Shown one piece after another: positions 1-10,792 of a DNA stretch of 64,000 bases (position 1 is its first letter; each line of letters opens with the position of its first letter). The translations under genes and the position numbers were made by a program. This DNA is from Candidatus Methanomethylicia archaeon (GTDB lineage Archaea > Thermoproteota > Methanomethylicia > CALHIW01), in assembly GCA_038845975.1 (NCBI GenBank), contig JAWBQF010000006.1, positions 36,703-100,702 of the forward strand, given 5' to 3'. Below the pieces are notes generated by a model, which saw only the letters and a program-made list of their open reading frames with translations, did no database searches and was not told where the DNA came from.

Positions 1-2
1 AT

Positions 3-656
3 CCAGTATATACTGTTGGTTTCCAGATTGGGGAGGTTTATGAAGCTCATGAAAAAGTAAAGCCGAAGAAAGCTATTCATAAAGTAGTAGATATATTAAG
101 ATCGGTTAAGATTCCTGATCCTACTAGGAGAATTTACTCTTATCCCCATGAACTGAGTGGAGGTATGAAGCAGAGAATTCTGATCTCCATGGGGATTGCG
201 TTAACACCTACATTAATAATTGCTGATGAACCTACATCAGCATTAGATGTTACAATTCAAGCACAAATAATTGAGCTACTAGATGAGATGAGAAGAGAGA
301 TAAGGGCATCGATGATTTTCATAACCCATGATCTACATTTACTTTCAGAGATTTCAAACAGGATAATGGTTATGTATGCCGGTAAATGTGTTGAGATAGG
401 GGAGACAAGTAAGATTACTAGTGATCCCTTACATCCATATACGAAAGCACTCATGCAATTATTAAGATATCCTAGAAAAAGTAAGCTTCAATCATTAAGG
501 GGAAGTCCTCCAAGCCTTATAAATCCGCCTAGAGGATGTAGATTCCATCCACGATGCCTATACAGTATGGATACATGTAGAGAATATGAACCTAATATTG
601 TAAACATAAATGGAAGAACTGTTTCCTGCTTCCTATATAGTGGTAGATATGGTTGA
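3..656 (+). CDS. dppD: Oligo/dipeptide ABC transporter ATP-binding subunit (OppD/DppD), 5'-truncated by window edge
   Basis: Frame is open upstream of ORF 165 to position 3 (PVYTVGFQIGE...). ELSGGMKQR signature, Walker B IIADEPTSALD, C-terminal HPYT and PPRGCRFHPRC Cys motif. Confidence 0.9.
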   Translation, partial: PVYTVGFQIGEVYEAHEKVKPKKAIHKVVDILRSVKIPDPTRRIYSYPHELSGGMKQRILISMGIALTPTLIIADEPTSALDVTIQAQIIELLDEMRREIRASMIFITHDLHLLSEISNRIMVMYAGKCVEIGETSKITSDPLHPYTKALMQLLRYPRKSKLQSLRGSPPSLINPPRGCRFHPRCLYSMDTCREYEPNIVNINGRTVSCFLYSGRYG

Positions 657-1614
657 GCTATTGAAAACTGTAAATCTTAAGAAGTATTTCCCGGTTAAAA
701 GCGGATTCCTTAGTAAGCCTATCTATATTAGGGCTGTAGATGATGTTAACATAAGCATAAAGCCTAGTGAAGTTGTAGCTCTAGTTGGTGAAAGCGGATC
801 CGGAAAGACAACTCTCGGTAGGGTAATGATAGGGTTGATGAAGCCTGATAGTGGTAATGTATTTTTTAAGGGTAAGGATATTTATAAGTTAAAAGGTAGA
901 GAATACATTGAAGCTAGACATAAGCTACAAATAATATTCCAAAATCCGGATTCAAGCATTAACCCGAGAATGCAGGTAGTAGACGTAATTGGAGAAGCTA
1001 TTAAGGAACTAAACCCTAAACTTAGCAGTAGAGAGATTCTAGATGAAGTATTAAGACTTCTTGAAACAGTAGCTTTAAGTCCAGACCACATATATAAGTA
1101 TCCACATGAACTCTCAGGAGGGGAGAAACAGAGAGTTGTAATTGCTAGAGTAATAGCTGTTAAGCCTGAAGTTATTGTAGCTGATGAACCTACATCAGCG
1201 CTTGATATTTCAATTAGATCCCAAATACTTAACCTCTTAATGGACCTCCAGAAAGCAATAGGTATTAGCCTTATTTTCATAACTCATGATCTAGGTATTG
1301 TATGGAGTATAAGTGATAGAGTTGCAATAATGTACATGGGTAAAATAGTTGAGCTATCTGAAACAGAGGAAATATTCAGTAATCCCCTACATCCATACAC
1401 AAAAATGCTAATAGCATCATCCCCATCCACACCGATTAAAATTACTGATCCAACATTTAAACCAAGAGGAGAACCTCCAAGCCTTATAAATCCGCCTAGA
1501 GGATGTATCTTCATAACAAGATGCCCGATTGCAACTGAGAAATGCCTAATAAATTCTCCACCACTCATAGAAGCTTCAAGAAACCATTATGTAGCTTGTA
1601 TTAGAAACAATTAA
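649..1614 (+). CDS. dppF: Oligo/dipeptide ABC transporter ATP-binding subunit (OppF/DppF)
   Basis: Walker A GESGSGKTT, ELSGGEKQR, VADEPTSALD, HPYT and C-terminal Cys motif. Likely start is ATG 649 (MVELLKTVNLKKYFP), overlapping the end of dppD. Confidence 0.9.
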   Translation: MVELLKTVNLKKYFPVKSGFLSKPIYIRAVDDVNISIKPSEVVALVGESGSGKTTLGRVMIGLMKPDSGNVFFKGKDIYKLKGREYIEARHKLQIIFQNPDSSINPRMQVVDVIGEAIKELNPKLSSREILDEVLRLLETVALSPDHIYKYPHELSGGEKQRVVIARVIAVKPEVIVADEPTSALDISIRSQILNLLMDLQKAIGISLIFITHDLGIVWSISDRVAIMYMGKIVELSETEEIFSNPLHPYTKMLIASSPSTPIKITDPTFKPRGEPPSLINPPRGCIFITRCPIATEKCLINSPPLIEASRNHYVACIRNN

Positions 1615-1758
1615 TCTACATTATTGTATAAATAAATTAGTGGAATCTTTCAAGTTAATAGTAGTAATAAGATATGGGTGTAGATTTTGATTCTTTAAGG
1701 AATCATAGAAGCAAAAAACTTTTTATATTAATACTAGAAACTAGTCTGGAGATTAGGT

Positions 1759-3390
1759 ATGAGAAAATTTTCTTCCAGTAATGCTATATCTAAAATAGCT
1801 TCAATAATTATAGTTATAGTAATTATTGCTGCGGGAATAATTGGATACATAGCATATACTAGTATACAGAAACCAGTAACATCTACTCCGACTACAATAC
1901 CTACTCCAACAATTACATCACCTATAACAGCACGGGAAGTTGTAAAGATAGCTGTAGGTATAGAGCCTGATACTATAGATCCCCATGGCCAGACTACAAC
2001 ATTAATATTTAACATTATGAGGCATGTTTACGAGACAATTGTCTGGTTTGATGAGAACGGTAATGTTATCCCATGGCTAGCTGAAAGCTGGACTATTTCA
2101 AGCGACGGCTTAACGTATACGTTTAAGCTTAGGAAGGATGTTAAGTTCCATGACGGTTCTAAACTTAATGCTGAAACAATTAAGATGAATATAGAGAGAT
2201 GGATAGATCCAACTGTAAGAGTACCTGTAAGAGTACAGCTTGGACCTGTAAAGGGCGCTGAAGTTGTTGATGAATATACTGTAAAGATAATTCTTAAAGA
2301 GCCATTTGCACCATTTCTTAGAGCACTTGGAGGATATCTTCTTATAGCAAGCTCTAAAGCCATTGAGAAATATAAGAATGCTACAATAACTGAACCTAGT
2401 GGGACAGGACCATATAAATTCGTTAAGTGGGAGAAGGGGAAGCTTGTTCTTCTAGAAAGGAATGAGGATTACTGGGGTAGTAAACCATTGATAAGAAGTA
2501 TTGAGTGGAGAATTATTCCTGAAGCTGCAACTAGGGAAGCTGCTCTTCTAGCAGGAGATGTTGATGTAGCATTCCTACCGCCACCATCAGATATTTCTAA
2601 GCTTCAAGCAGATCCTAAAGTTAAAGTACTTACTCCAATTACAAATAGGATAATATTCATAGGATTACTACCAAAAGGTCCATTAAAGGATCCAAGAGTT
2701 AGACAAGCATTAAACTATGCTGTAGATAAGAAAGCATTGATTGACAAGGTTCTTTTCGGTTTAGGAATTGAGACAAACGCACCAGTACCACCACACTTCT
2801 TCGGATTCTACGGAATGGAGCCTTACAGCTACAATCCTGAAAAAGCTAAACAGCTTCTTAAAGATGCAGGATATCCTGAAGGTTTCAAAATGGTTTTACT
2901 CCATCCAACCGGTAGATATATTCAGGATAAGCAAGTTGCTGAAGCTGTACAAGCCTATCTATCACGAATAGGAGTAGAAGCTCAACTAGTAACTATGGAT
3001 TGGCCTTCATTTGTAGCTAAAATAACTAAACCTCTTGAAGAAAAGGATTATGATGCTCTTCTACTTGGATGGGGGCCATTCATAGCAGATGCTGACTATA
3101 CACTCTATGCTCAATTCCACTCTACGCAAGCACCTCCAAAAGGTCTTGCAGCAGCTCACTATAACAACTCTAAAATAGATGATCTACTAGCAAAAGCACG
3201 TAGAGAGCTTAATGAAGAAAATAGAAAAACCCTATACAAGGAAATAATAGGAACCATATGGAATGATGCACCATGGATATTCCTATATACACAGAAAAAC
3301 TTCCTAGCACTAAGCGTAAAACTTGAAGGAGTATGGATATACGTAGATGGAGAACAGTTCTTCTTCCATAAAGCATACTTTAAACCATAA
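1759..3390 (+). CDS. dppA: Peptide ABC transporter substrate-binding protein (family 5), N-terminally anchored, Thr/Pro linker
   Basis: N-terminal hydrophobic anchor and TSTPTTIPTPT linker. Family 5 motifs LAESWTISSDGLTYTFKLRKDVKFHDG, GTGPYKF, VRQALNYAVD. TATA-like TTTTTATA near 1720, T-tract after the stop. Confidence 0.9.
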   Translation: MRKFSSSNAISKIASIIIVIVIIAAGIIGYIAYTSIQKPVTSTPTTIPTPTITSPITAREVVKIAVGIEPDTIDPHGQTTTLIFNIMRHVYETIVWFDENGNVIPWLAESWTISSDGLTYTFKLRKDVKFHDGSKLNAETIKMNIERWIDPTVRVPVRVQLGPVKGAEVVDEYTVKIILKEPFAPFLRALGGYLLIASSKAIEKYKNATITEPSGTGPYKFVKWEKGKLVLLERNEDYWGSKPLIRSIEWRIIPEAATREAALLAGDVDVAFLPPPSDISKLQADPKVKVLTPITNRIIFIGLLPKGPLKDPRVRQALNYAVDKKALIDKVLFGLGIETNAPVPPHFFGFYGMEPYSYNPEKAKQLLKDAGYPEGFKMVLLHPTGRYIQDKQVAEAVQAYLSRIGVEAQLVTMDWPSFVAKITKPLEEKDYDALLLGWGPFIADADYTLYAQFHSTQAPPKGLAAAHYNNSKIDDLLAKARRELNEENRKTLYKEIIGTIWNDAPWIFLYTQKNFLALSVKLEGVWIYVDGEQFFFHKAYFKP

Positions 3391-3668
3391 TTTTTTATTT
3401 AATCTTAGAATAGATCATAAACTCCTTAAAAGAAGATTAGAAATGTGTTTGGAGAAGATAATTATACAATTAGATATAATACTGAAGATATTCAACAGCT
3501 ACAGCAGACATAGTTGATATGAGGATTAATAGTGAAAACTATGGGAAATTTGGAAAACGAATTAAGGAGTTAGATGAAGTAAGAGGAAACTACTAGGGTA
3601 AATTAAGCAATGGTTTACTGAGCTTATACTGCTTCCATATTTATCAAGACTCTATTAGCTTACTAATG

Positions 3669-3821
3669 ATTCTATGAACTTTAAAGCTGACATTAAGCCC
3701 CCCATCAATTGTTCTCGCCGATAATAACTACATAGAACTTATTAAAGACGTTGTTAATTTTAAAATGACTTATAAACTTTAGATATTAAACGTAGATGAT
3801 AGTAGTTTAAGCTAACAAAAC
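3669..3821. mobile_element. Decayed short MITE (~150 bp) of the IS903-like TIR family
   Basis: Left end ATTCTATGAACTTTAAAGC and right end TAAACTTTAGAT...GTTTAAGCTAACAAAAC resemble the GGCTTTGTGAACTTAAGC-type TIR and the copy at 10173-10326. Confidence 0.45.
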
Positions 3822-3983
3822 TCATTTCTATCACAAAACTTAAATACTTCTAGGTTAATACTAATTAGTGATGTTCTAAATACCTCAAGCTCCTAAAGCC
3901 AGTTTGCTGTGAAGCAACTTAGGTGATGAATTGGTTTTTCTAGTGGATTTACTTGTTCTAGATTGTTAGGGCTGTTAGGTGTG

Positions 3984-4802
3984 TTAATGGTGTATTCTAG
4001 GTTTTATATGGAATTCACAGTATTCATCTCCTTTAGCTATGCATTTCTCTTCTAACGCTATTAGCTCTCTACCCATTAGGCTACTTAGTGTTCCGGCTAT
4101 TTCTCCTCTTACATATTGACATGATGGCTTATTCATCTTTCCCCTTATCAATTCCACTTCATATGAATCGTAAACTCTTATAGTTGCCTCCCCTCTATCT
4201 ATATTTAAACTTACTATTTCAGGATTAAAGTCTCCGAATCCCCTATCCAGATCAAAAGCTACTTTAACTACTTCCTCTAATGAAAGACTTAAAGGTTCCA
4301 GTAGCTTCTTAACATATTCTGCATATGTATAGCCTGAATAATATCCTAAGTGATAAAATATTACTGTAGCCCCCTCCCCCATCCTCTTTCTAAATTCCTC
4401 TATTATTGAGGAAAACGTTTCATATCTAATAATAAACGATTTAAATCCATGAACAAGCGTAGGAAAACATAAAGTATCATATATTACTCCATCTACTGAA
4501 GGCTTCCATAAATCAACACTAATAGTATAAGGCTTAGACTTAACAATATCTTTAAGCTCACTTAAACTTATTCTACTATCAGTAACATCTAAGAAGAATA
4601 TAAGTCTACCCTTCAAGCCATCACTATTAGCAAGCAAATACAAAATATTTATATTATTACTACTTATAACCTCAGAAACATCAGCTATAATACCAGCTCT
4701 CTCCCTAACCTCAATAACAATCTCAACAAGCCTACGTCCAGGCATAACATAAACAACAGGAAGATCCTTAACATATTTACACTCCAAACAACCACCATAC
4801 AA
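3984..4802 (-). CDS. ACT-domain + V4R (4-vinyl reductase) domain protein
   Basis: N-terminal ACT-like ERAGIIADVSEVISSNNINIL. C-terminal V4R motif PSCQYVRG...EEKCIAKGDEYCEF. Confidence 0.8.
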   Translation of the reverse strand: MYGGCLECKYVKDLPVVYVMPGRRLVEIVIEVRERAGIIADVSEVISSNNINILYLLANSDGLKGRLIFFLDVTDSRISLSELKDIVKSKPYTISVDLWKPSVDGVIYDTLCFPTLVHGFKSFIIRYETFSSIIEEFRKRMGEGATVIFYHLGYYSGYTYAEYVKKLLEPLSLSLEEVVKVAFDLDRGFGDFNPEIVSLNIDRGEATIRVYDSYEVELIRGKMNKPSCQYVRGEIAGTLSSLMGRELIALEEKCIAKGDEYCEFHIKPRIHH

Positions 4803-4829
4803 TGTAAAATTTAAATCTTAAATATCTTT

Positions 4830-5303
4830 CCCAAATATATCATATAAGTCTCTAATCTTCCTTCTCTTAAGATAAGCAGAAACCTTCTCTATAATTACTT
4901 CCTCTAGTGTTAGAGTGTTTACTAGAATGGAGATACCATCAGTCATCTCGAATAGTCTTACTGTAAAATTTTTAAAGGTAGCTTTAAATCTAACTATAAC
5001 TCCTAAATAGGAAAACTTTGCAAAGATGGAGTTATTTGTTTTCTCGAATTTTTCTATATTAAACCTTTCCTCTTAAGTTATTTAAGAAGTTTTCTATGTT
5101 TACCATCTTTACGGTTAAGGGAAGGTAAACGTCAACATCTTCGGAAAACCTATTACTCCCATAGCATCGCCATATAGCAGTACCACCATGAATTACTGCT
5201 TCAGGAAAACTATTGTATATCTCCATGACTAAAATATCTTGAGCTAACGCTCGGCTTTATGTCTTCTCTTCTTAAGCTTTTTATATATTGGTAAAATTAC
5301 CAT
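4830..5303 (-). pseudogene. Frameshifted AbiEii-family nucleotidyltransferase toxin (type IV TA)
   Basis: Manual minus-strand translation across two frameshifts: MVILPIYKKLKKRRHK / ALAQDILVMEIYNSFPEAVIHGGTAIWRCYGSNRFSEDVDVYLP... / ...LTLEEVIIEKVSAYLKRRKIRDLYDIF. GGTA, RFSEDxD and RDLYD are AbiEii motifs. Confidence 0.8.
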
Positions 5304-5469
5304 GATATAGAGTTAACCATTCCTATGTATAAATATAAGTTTGGTAGTTTCATTATGATGTTTATCCGTAATGGAGCTAATGCTGGAATTACATTAGTTT
5401 CTCTATTAAATCCATTTCTCCTCGGCTTTTCCATACCTTCTTAAATGCATTCTACTTCAATTATTACAC

Positions 5470-5640
5470 AACATATAATAGATGACGTTAGGATATCTAT
5501 AGGGTCCTTAATAGATTCAATAATGATTCTTCCATCCTCAACGCAACACTTACAGCAGCTTTTAATACTAGAACTATGAGATTGCTTTATTCACATCGTT
5601 AAGAGCAGGAATTCTTCTTAGCATCTAGTTTAGATCACTT
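5470..5640 (-). pseudogene. Possible AbrB/SpoVT-type antitoxin remnant
   Basis: Minus strand reads ...CVEDGRIIIESIKDPIDILTSS, which resembles the C-terminus of archaeal AbrB/MazE proteins. The upstream part is broken. Confidence 0.4.
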
Positions 5641-5740
5641 CAATAATTTTGTTTAATTCTAATTATAAAATGATGTTTAAAGTTAAATATAGCTGAGTGT
5701 AAATAGTATTCTATATGTTAATAAAATAGTGATTGCTGGT

Positions 5741-6868
5741 TTATGGCGGGAGAAATATGAGTTTTTCTGGTGGTAATATTTTATTTATTTGGTTTGCTAT
5801 AAGCATGTATATTCCTCCTTTAAGCATGTTTAGTAGTGATAGGCTTCTTTCAAGTTCATTGTTTGATGAGAATCTTTTCACTTGTTTTTTCGTATTTACC
5901 TCTATTTTCTTAACAACTTTCCTCATCAGGTTTCCATATATCCTTGCAGCTTCTAAGTTTTCTTCTTCAGCTTTTGTTATTGCTTTTACTGCTAAACGTC
6001 CACTGAGAGCAGCATTATCCATTCCTACACCTCGATATAAGTCAAGTAGGCCTGCAGCATCCCCAACCAGTAATATTCTTTCCTCTCCCAGGAATACGGT
6101 GTTTTTCAATGTTGAAGAGAATCCTTCTCTTTTAACGATTTTACCGTTAAGCCCATACTTTTCCTTAACATAGTTGAAAAATCTATCTATATACTCTAAT
6201 GGATTTTTATTGGCGCCTGTACCAATCACCCACTTATCATCCTTCAAATAAACCCAAGCAAACATTAGAGGGCAAAACTCCCTCTTATAAAACATGTAAA
6301 GCGTATTAGGATCTAGTTTCGCCTCCCCAACAAAGTAATAATTTACCGCTGCTCCTGAAGCCTTCCTATAAAAATCTTGCGGCTGTAGTCTTCTTCTAAC
6401 TTTTGAAAGCATTCCATCAGCGCCAATAAGATAGCGAGTCTTAACCTCCCTATGTTTACCCTCTACTGAGATTTTAACATTTATTTTATCTTCACCTTTA
6501 TTTTTAGTAAAGTCGATTAGTGAAGTATTATCGTGAAACTCTACACCAGCATCTACTGCTAATGAATTAAGCCAACTGTCAAAAGTAGATCTCCAAAAGT
6601 TCAGCATTCTTATCTTACCTTTCAAAACCTTACCCCTTGGAGTTATTATCTCCACTTTAAAGAGCATGTTTCTGCAAAGCTTATCTCTTGGTATTTCCTC
6701 ACCAATAAGCTTTTCAAAATATTGAAACTGAATTCCTGAACAAGGCTTGTTTCTAGGAGTCTTATATTTCTCAAGCAGTAATGTCTTAAAACCCATCTTT
6801 GCAGCAAACCTTGCAGCAACAGAACCAGCTACCCCACCACCCACAGCAACTACATCATACTCCCCCAT
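5741..6868 (-). CDS. Geranylgeranyl reductase-family FAD-dependent oxidoreductase
   Basis: YDVVAVGGGVAGS Rossmann motif, KPCSG, LIGADG, LLVGDAAG and GMDNAALSG. Confidence 0.85.
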   Translation of the reverse strand: MGEYDVVAVGGGVAGSVAARFAAKMGFKTLLLEKYKTPRNKPCSGIQFQYFEKLIGEEIPRDKLCRNMLFKVEIITPRGKVLKGKIRMLNFWRSTFDSWLNSLAVDAGVEFHDNTSLIDFTKNKGEDKINVKISVEGKHREVKTRYLIGADGMLSKVRRRLQPQDFYRKASGAAVNYYFVGEAKLDPNTLYMFYKREFCPLMFAWVYLKDDKWVIGTGANKNPLEYIDRFFNYVKEKYGLNGKIVKREGFSSTLKNTVFLGEERILLVGDAAGLLDLYRGVGMDNAALSGRLAVKAITKAEEENLEAARIYGNLMRKVVKKIEVNTKKQVKRFSSNNELERSLSLLNMLKGGIYMLIANQINKILPPEKLIFLPP

Positions 6869-7278
6869 ATCTTAACGTATTCTTCTATAAAAATATAATT
6901 TTCTATTGGAAGACTATAGAATGATTGTAGATATGTATAATTCTTATTTGCGGTTTTGTAGATGCGTATGCTTGGCTATATAAGCTTTCTAGGAACCCTA
7001 TCTAAGAATCTAACAGTAGGAGTTACCTAATCTCTATATTTAGCCTCACCTATACACTTATATTAGCATCTTGCCGGGTATAAATATTCCTACTCTTCAA
7101 TAAGATTGTTTTAGTTAGTATTATGTCTTTACTAATTTAATGTTTCATCAATTATAGCCATGTAGAACTTATTAAGAGTATTTCTAAGTCTTTTCACTAT
7201 TGTATATGCTTATCGAAGTATTCTTTGCATAGGGTAAAACTTAAATATTTAGGGATTGAAGCTTAGCTGTAGGTATTT

Positions 7279-8607
7279 ATGAGCTTATTGGAGATGAAGT
7301 TTTCACATAGATTAACCATAGCGTTAATAGCTGCGAATCTAGTTGTTTATTTAGTTACATCGTATGAAAACCTATTTCTAAGTGTTAGTGATTACTGGGT
7401 AGCAGTAGGTAGCTTTTCCCCATCTCTCCTATTATATCCATCCCAGTGGTATAGGGTTTTAACATCAATGTTTATGCATGCCGACATCTTTCATATATTC
7501 TTCAATATGTACTTTCTATTTTTTACTGGTAGAGCTGTTGAGGAGGCTTTAGGTTCTTCAAGATTTGGAGTTCTCTACTTTCTCTCCGGAGTAGCTGCAT
7601 CAATTTTTCATTCAGCTTTCTCCTATATAGGTGGCTTCACATCATATGTGATTCCTACAATCGGTGCTTCAGGAGCAATAAGTGGTGTTTTAGGAGCCTA
7701 TCTACTTCTATATCCAGGTACCTCTCTAATTATCTATATACCTATCTTCATATTTCCAATCTACTTTCCCGTAAAGGCATCTATCTACATAATCTTCTGG
7801 TTTGCAACCCAGGTAATATATGGATATGCTAAGGTAGCTGGTAGTATTGCTGTTTTCGCTCATGCAGGCGGATTCCTAGCGGGTTCCTCCCTACTTCCTC
7901 TTCTAGCTAGTAGAGATAGGATAAAAATTCTTAGAGCTATAGTTCATTCCTCAAGCTTCTTTAAGCTTCCAGTAAGATATTTAAGAGGATTAAGCCCCAC
8001 TTCAAAAATCATACTTAACATCTTGACAGTAATGCTTATTCTAGGAGGAATCTACATAGTAATAACTGCTCCAAGCATAGAAGAGATTAAAGTAGCGACA
8101 GTACAGTACTCCCTTAATGAAGTATTCTATACTGATTATATTTCCTTTAATCCCCAGGATCCTAAATACTATAAAGCAACACTTCAAGAAACAAGAATCC
8201 TCCTAAACAGGTTAATAGCTGCAGATCTCCTCTACGATGTTAGGAAATCCTTAAGGACAGTGGAGATTAGAGATCAAGTAATAGTAACAAAACATGAAAT
8301 TCAAGTAGGTGAGAGAAGAGAAACTGTAAACGTGGAGAATAGGATACAGTATTTTAGAGGAGTCTATGATAAGAAGGGCTTTCTAACATATGCTGAAGGA
8401 AAATTTACTACAAGCATAATCTATATTTCAAGACTTAACTATTACTTAAGTAATCCTGTAACCTACATGTTCAACATAGATTTAATAAATGTAGATGCTG
8501 GATTAATATCAAAATATACTGGACTAATATCACTTATTATATCGATTTCTGCTCAACTTGTATTCACAACTAGAGACAAAGAGCTATCCATAGTGGCTGA
8601 GGAATAA
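7279..8607 (+). CDS. Rhomboid-family intramembrane serine protease with long C-terminal extension
   Basis: WYRVLTSMFMH...HIFFNM, catalytic GASGAISG and AHAGG. About 230 extra residues containing TM-soluble domain-TM. Confidence 0.85.
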   Translation: MSLLEMKFSHRLTIALIAANLVVYLVTSYENLFLSVSDYWVAVGSFSPSLLLYPSQWYRVLTSMFMHADIFHIFFNMYFLFFTGRAVEEALGSSRFGVLYFLSGVAASIFHSAFSYIGGFTSYVIPTIGASGAISGVLGAYLLLYPGTSLIIYIPIFIFPIYFPVKASIYIIFWFATQVIYGYAKVAGSIAVFAHAGGFLAGSSLLPLLASRDRIKILRAIVHSSSFFKLPVRYLRGLSPTSKIILNILTVMLILGGIYIVITAPSIEEIKVATVQYSLNEVFYTDYISFNPQDPKYYKATLQETRILLNRLIAADLLYDVRKSLRTVEIRDQVIVTKHEIQVGERRETVNVENRIQYFRGVYDKKGFLTYAEGKFTTSIIYISRLNYYLSNPVTYMFNIDLINVDAGLISKYTGLISLIISISAQLVFTTRDKELSIVAEE

Positions 8608-8852
8608 TCCAATACTTAACCAAGTTAATAACTATTAATATTCTACTTTACGGCATGAAAACCACTAGATGCTTTAAATCCTATTAACTTATTTAGGATA
8701 TATCTACCTACTATATTAATATGATTAGTCGTTTAGATTCTTAGAAGGTAAAATACTGGGAAATTTGTAATAATACGAAGTGTAATTAAAACTTAAAGTA
8801 AATCCATAATACCTTTACTAATACTAACTATGTAACTCCTATAATTGTGGAG

Positions 8853-9346
8853 AACCCTGTGAACTTTATCTTTATTCGGAAATTTACGGTGAACCTATAG
8901 CTAAAGTTATTAGGTTTATAGGAGATAACCTCATCTACTTTAGTTGTTTATAGATTATATATTTTCATTCATATATAATGGCTTCAGATACTCTAAGCTT
9001 TATTGTAGAGATCTATATTATGTTTATCTTAGTTGCGAATATGCTTACATCACTAACATTAAATGATTAAAGCTATCTACAGCTAATATAATTGTATTAA
9101 GTAGTTCATTACTATAAAGCATCATGTAAAATATTGAATTTAAACATGAATGGTTTAGAAGTTAGAATCTAGTGGAGAGAGTAATTGTTATTATTTATAT
9201 ATTATGCGTGAAGGATAAGCGTAATGGTAAGCATGAATCCATGATCATGAAGTCAATAGCATATCTGAAATAGAAAATAAAACTAAGAATTCACAGAAAT
9301 ACAACATCAAAATAAAGGTAATAGGCATGCTTAAGTTCATAAATCC
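8853..9346. mobile_element. Decayed copy of the long non-autonomous IS903-like element
   Basis: Colinear with 21489-22271 through shared blocks AATGGCTTCAGATA.TCTAAGCTT, TGTAGAGATCTATAT, TCACTAACATT and GAATTTAAACATG. Right end CATGCTTAAGTTCATAAATCC. Confidence 0.75.
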
Positions 9347-9387
9347 ATAGGATGACGAGTAATAGACTTAAAAAGATGCTTAGATGA

Positions 9388-10119
9388 TTAAGTAAGGTCT
9401 TTCTCTTGGGGTTTTGTAGTTCTTAGCATTACTTTAAACATTTCTTGAGCATTGTGAAGCATATTGTGGTTATTGTTAAAATATATGTAGGCTTTATGTG
9501 GGTTTAAAGCCGTGATTTTACTAGCTATGTTTTCAATTTCTTCAATACTGTAATTGTACGAGTACCATGTAAGTCCTCTACCGTGAAGTCTAAGATATAA
9601 TATACCGTTAGTATTAAATATTGCCTCTAAGATTTCAGGACTATCTATAGAAGCCATTGTTACATTAAGCTTTCTACACCAATCAATCCATTCATCACTA
9701 AACCATTTTAAATTTCTAAACTCAATAGCAAACCTCCAATTCAAATTAGCTTTACTTATAAATGATTCAATTCTCCTCACATATTTATCTATCGGTAATA
9801 CTTGAGGAGGAAGCTGGAAGAGATAGAAATCTATATGGTCGTCAAGAGGCTTAAAAAGATTGTAAAATCTATCCCATACATTATAGGCTTTCTCACTGAA
9901 TCTATATACGTGAGTTATAAATTTATTCACCTTAATACTCCATCTAAAACCTCTACGTGTTAAGCGGCTCCATAAGGCAACCTGAGATCGGAATGGGAAA
10001 CGGTAAAATGATGCATTCAATTCAACACTATTCAGATTTGAATTCTCAATATACCACTTAAAGTCACCACCGAGGTTCCAGTCATACATCCATCCAGATG
10101 TACCAACATAAACCTCCAT
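9388..10119 (-). CDS. DUF72 (YecE-like) domain protein
   Basis: VYVGTSGW, SVELNASFYRFP, LFQLPP, AIEFRN, YLRLHGR and YIYFNN are typical DUF72 motifs. Confidence 0.9.
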   Translation of the reverse strand: MEVYVGTSGWMYDWNLGGDFKWYIENSNLNSVELNASFYRFPFRSQVALWSRLTRRGFRWSIKVNKFITHVYRFSEKAYNVWDRFYNLFKPLDDHIDFYLFQLPPQVLPIDKYVRRIESFISKANLNWRFAIEFRNLKWFSDEWIDWCRKLNVTMASIDSPEILEAIFNTNGILYLRLHGRGLTWYSYNYSIEEIENIASKITALNPHKAYIYFNNNHNMLHNAQEMFKVMLRTTKPQEKDLT

Positions 10120-10172
10120 AATCCTACTACCAGAAATAATATCTAAACACTGCTTAAACCTTACGTTTCTAA

Positions 10173-10326
10173 TTGTCTATGAATCTATCTCCATACAAAC
10201 AATGAAGAAGCTTTCTAGCCAATTAGAAAGTAAACAGTCAACAATAAGTATAATGTATGCTACTACATGTACTCTATAAACTTTAGATAGAATCATATAT
10301 AGCTAATGGCTTAAGTTCACAAAACT
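10173..10326. mobile_element. Decayed short MITE (~155 bp) of the IS903-like TIR family
   Basis: Right end TAAACTTTAGAT...TATATAGCTAATGGCTTAAGTTCACAAAAC, with a weak left end GTCTATGAATCTATC. Confidence 0.5.
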
Positions 10327-10792
10327 CTTAGAAATGAATTTAAAAGATTTTAAAGTGTAGGTAACTGTTAAGCCTAATGCTTGATACTTATTGTTCTTGT
10401 TAAGTCATATATTAGTATAGATTTCTAAAACTTCGTAAATAAAGATTCAACTATTCCAATAATCTATATTATCACTATAGCTAATATGTAGAGTCTACTC
10501 ATAACGATGCTAATAGTTAAATCTATAAATGAAATAAATACTAGAATCAACCTAATTAACATTATGAAGAATGAAATTGAAAATATGAATAATACCTAAC
10601 ATATTCTTAATGGGGATTTATTTGGAAGATTATTCTATGATTTTAATCATTAATTACTTAATATCTAAGATTTATAGAGGTTTAAGATCTTTAATAAGCT
10701 TATAAGACATAGAGTTTGCTATATTGGGATCGATAAGTTCGGAGAATTGAGTCTATGAATTGTAGTTTTCAGATAGTATTTATGGAAAAGGA

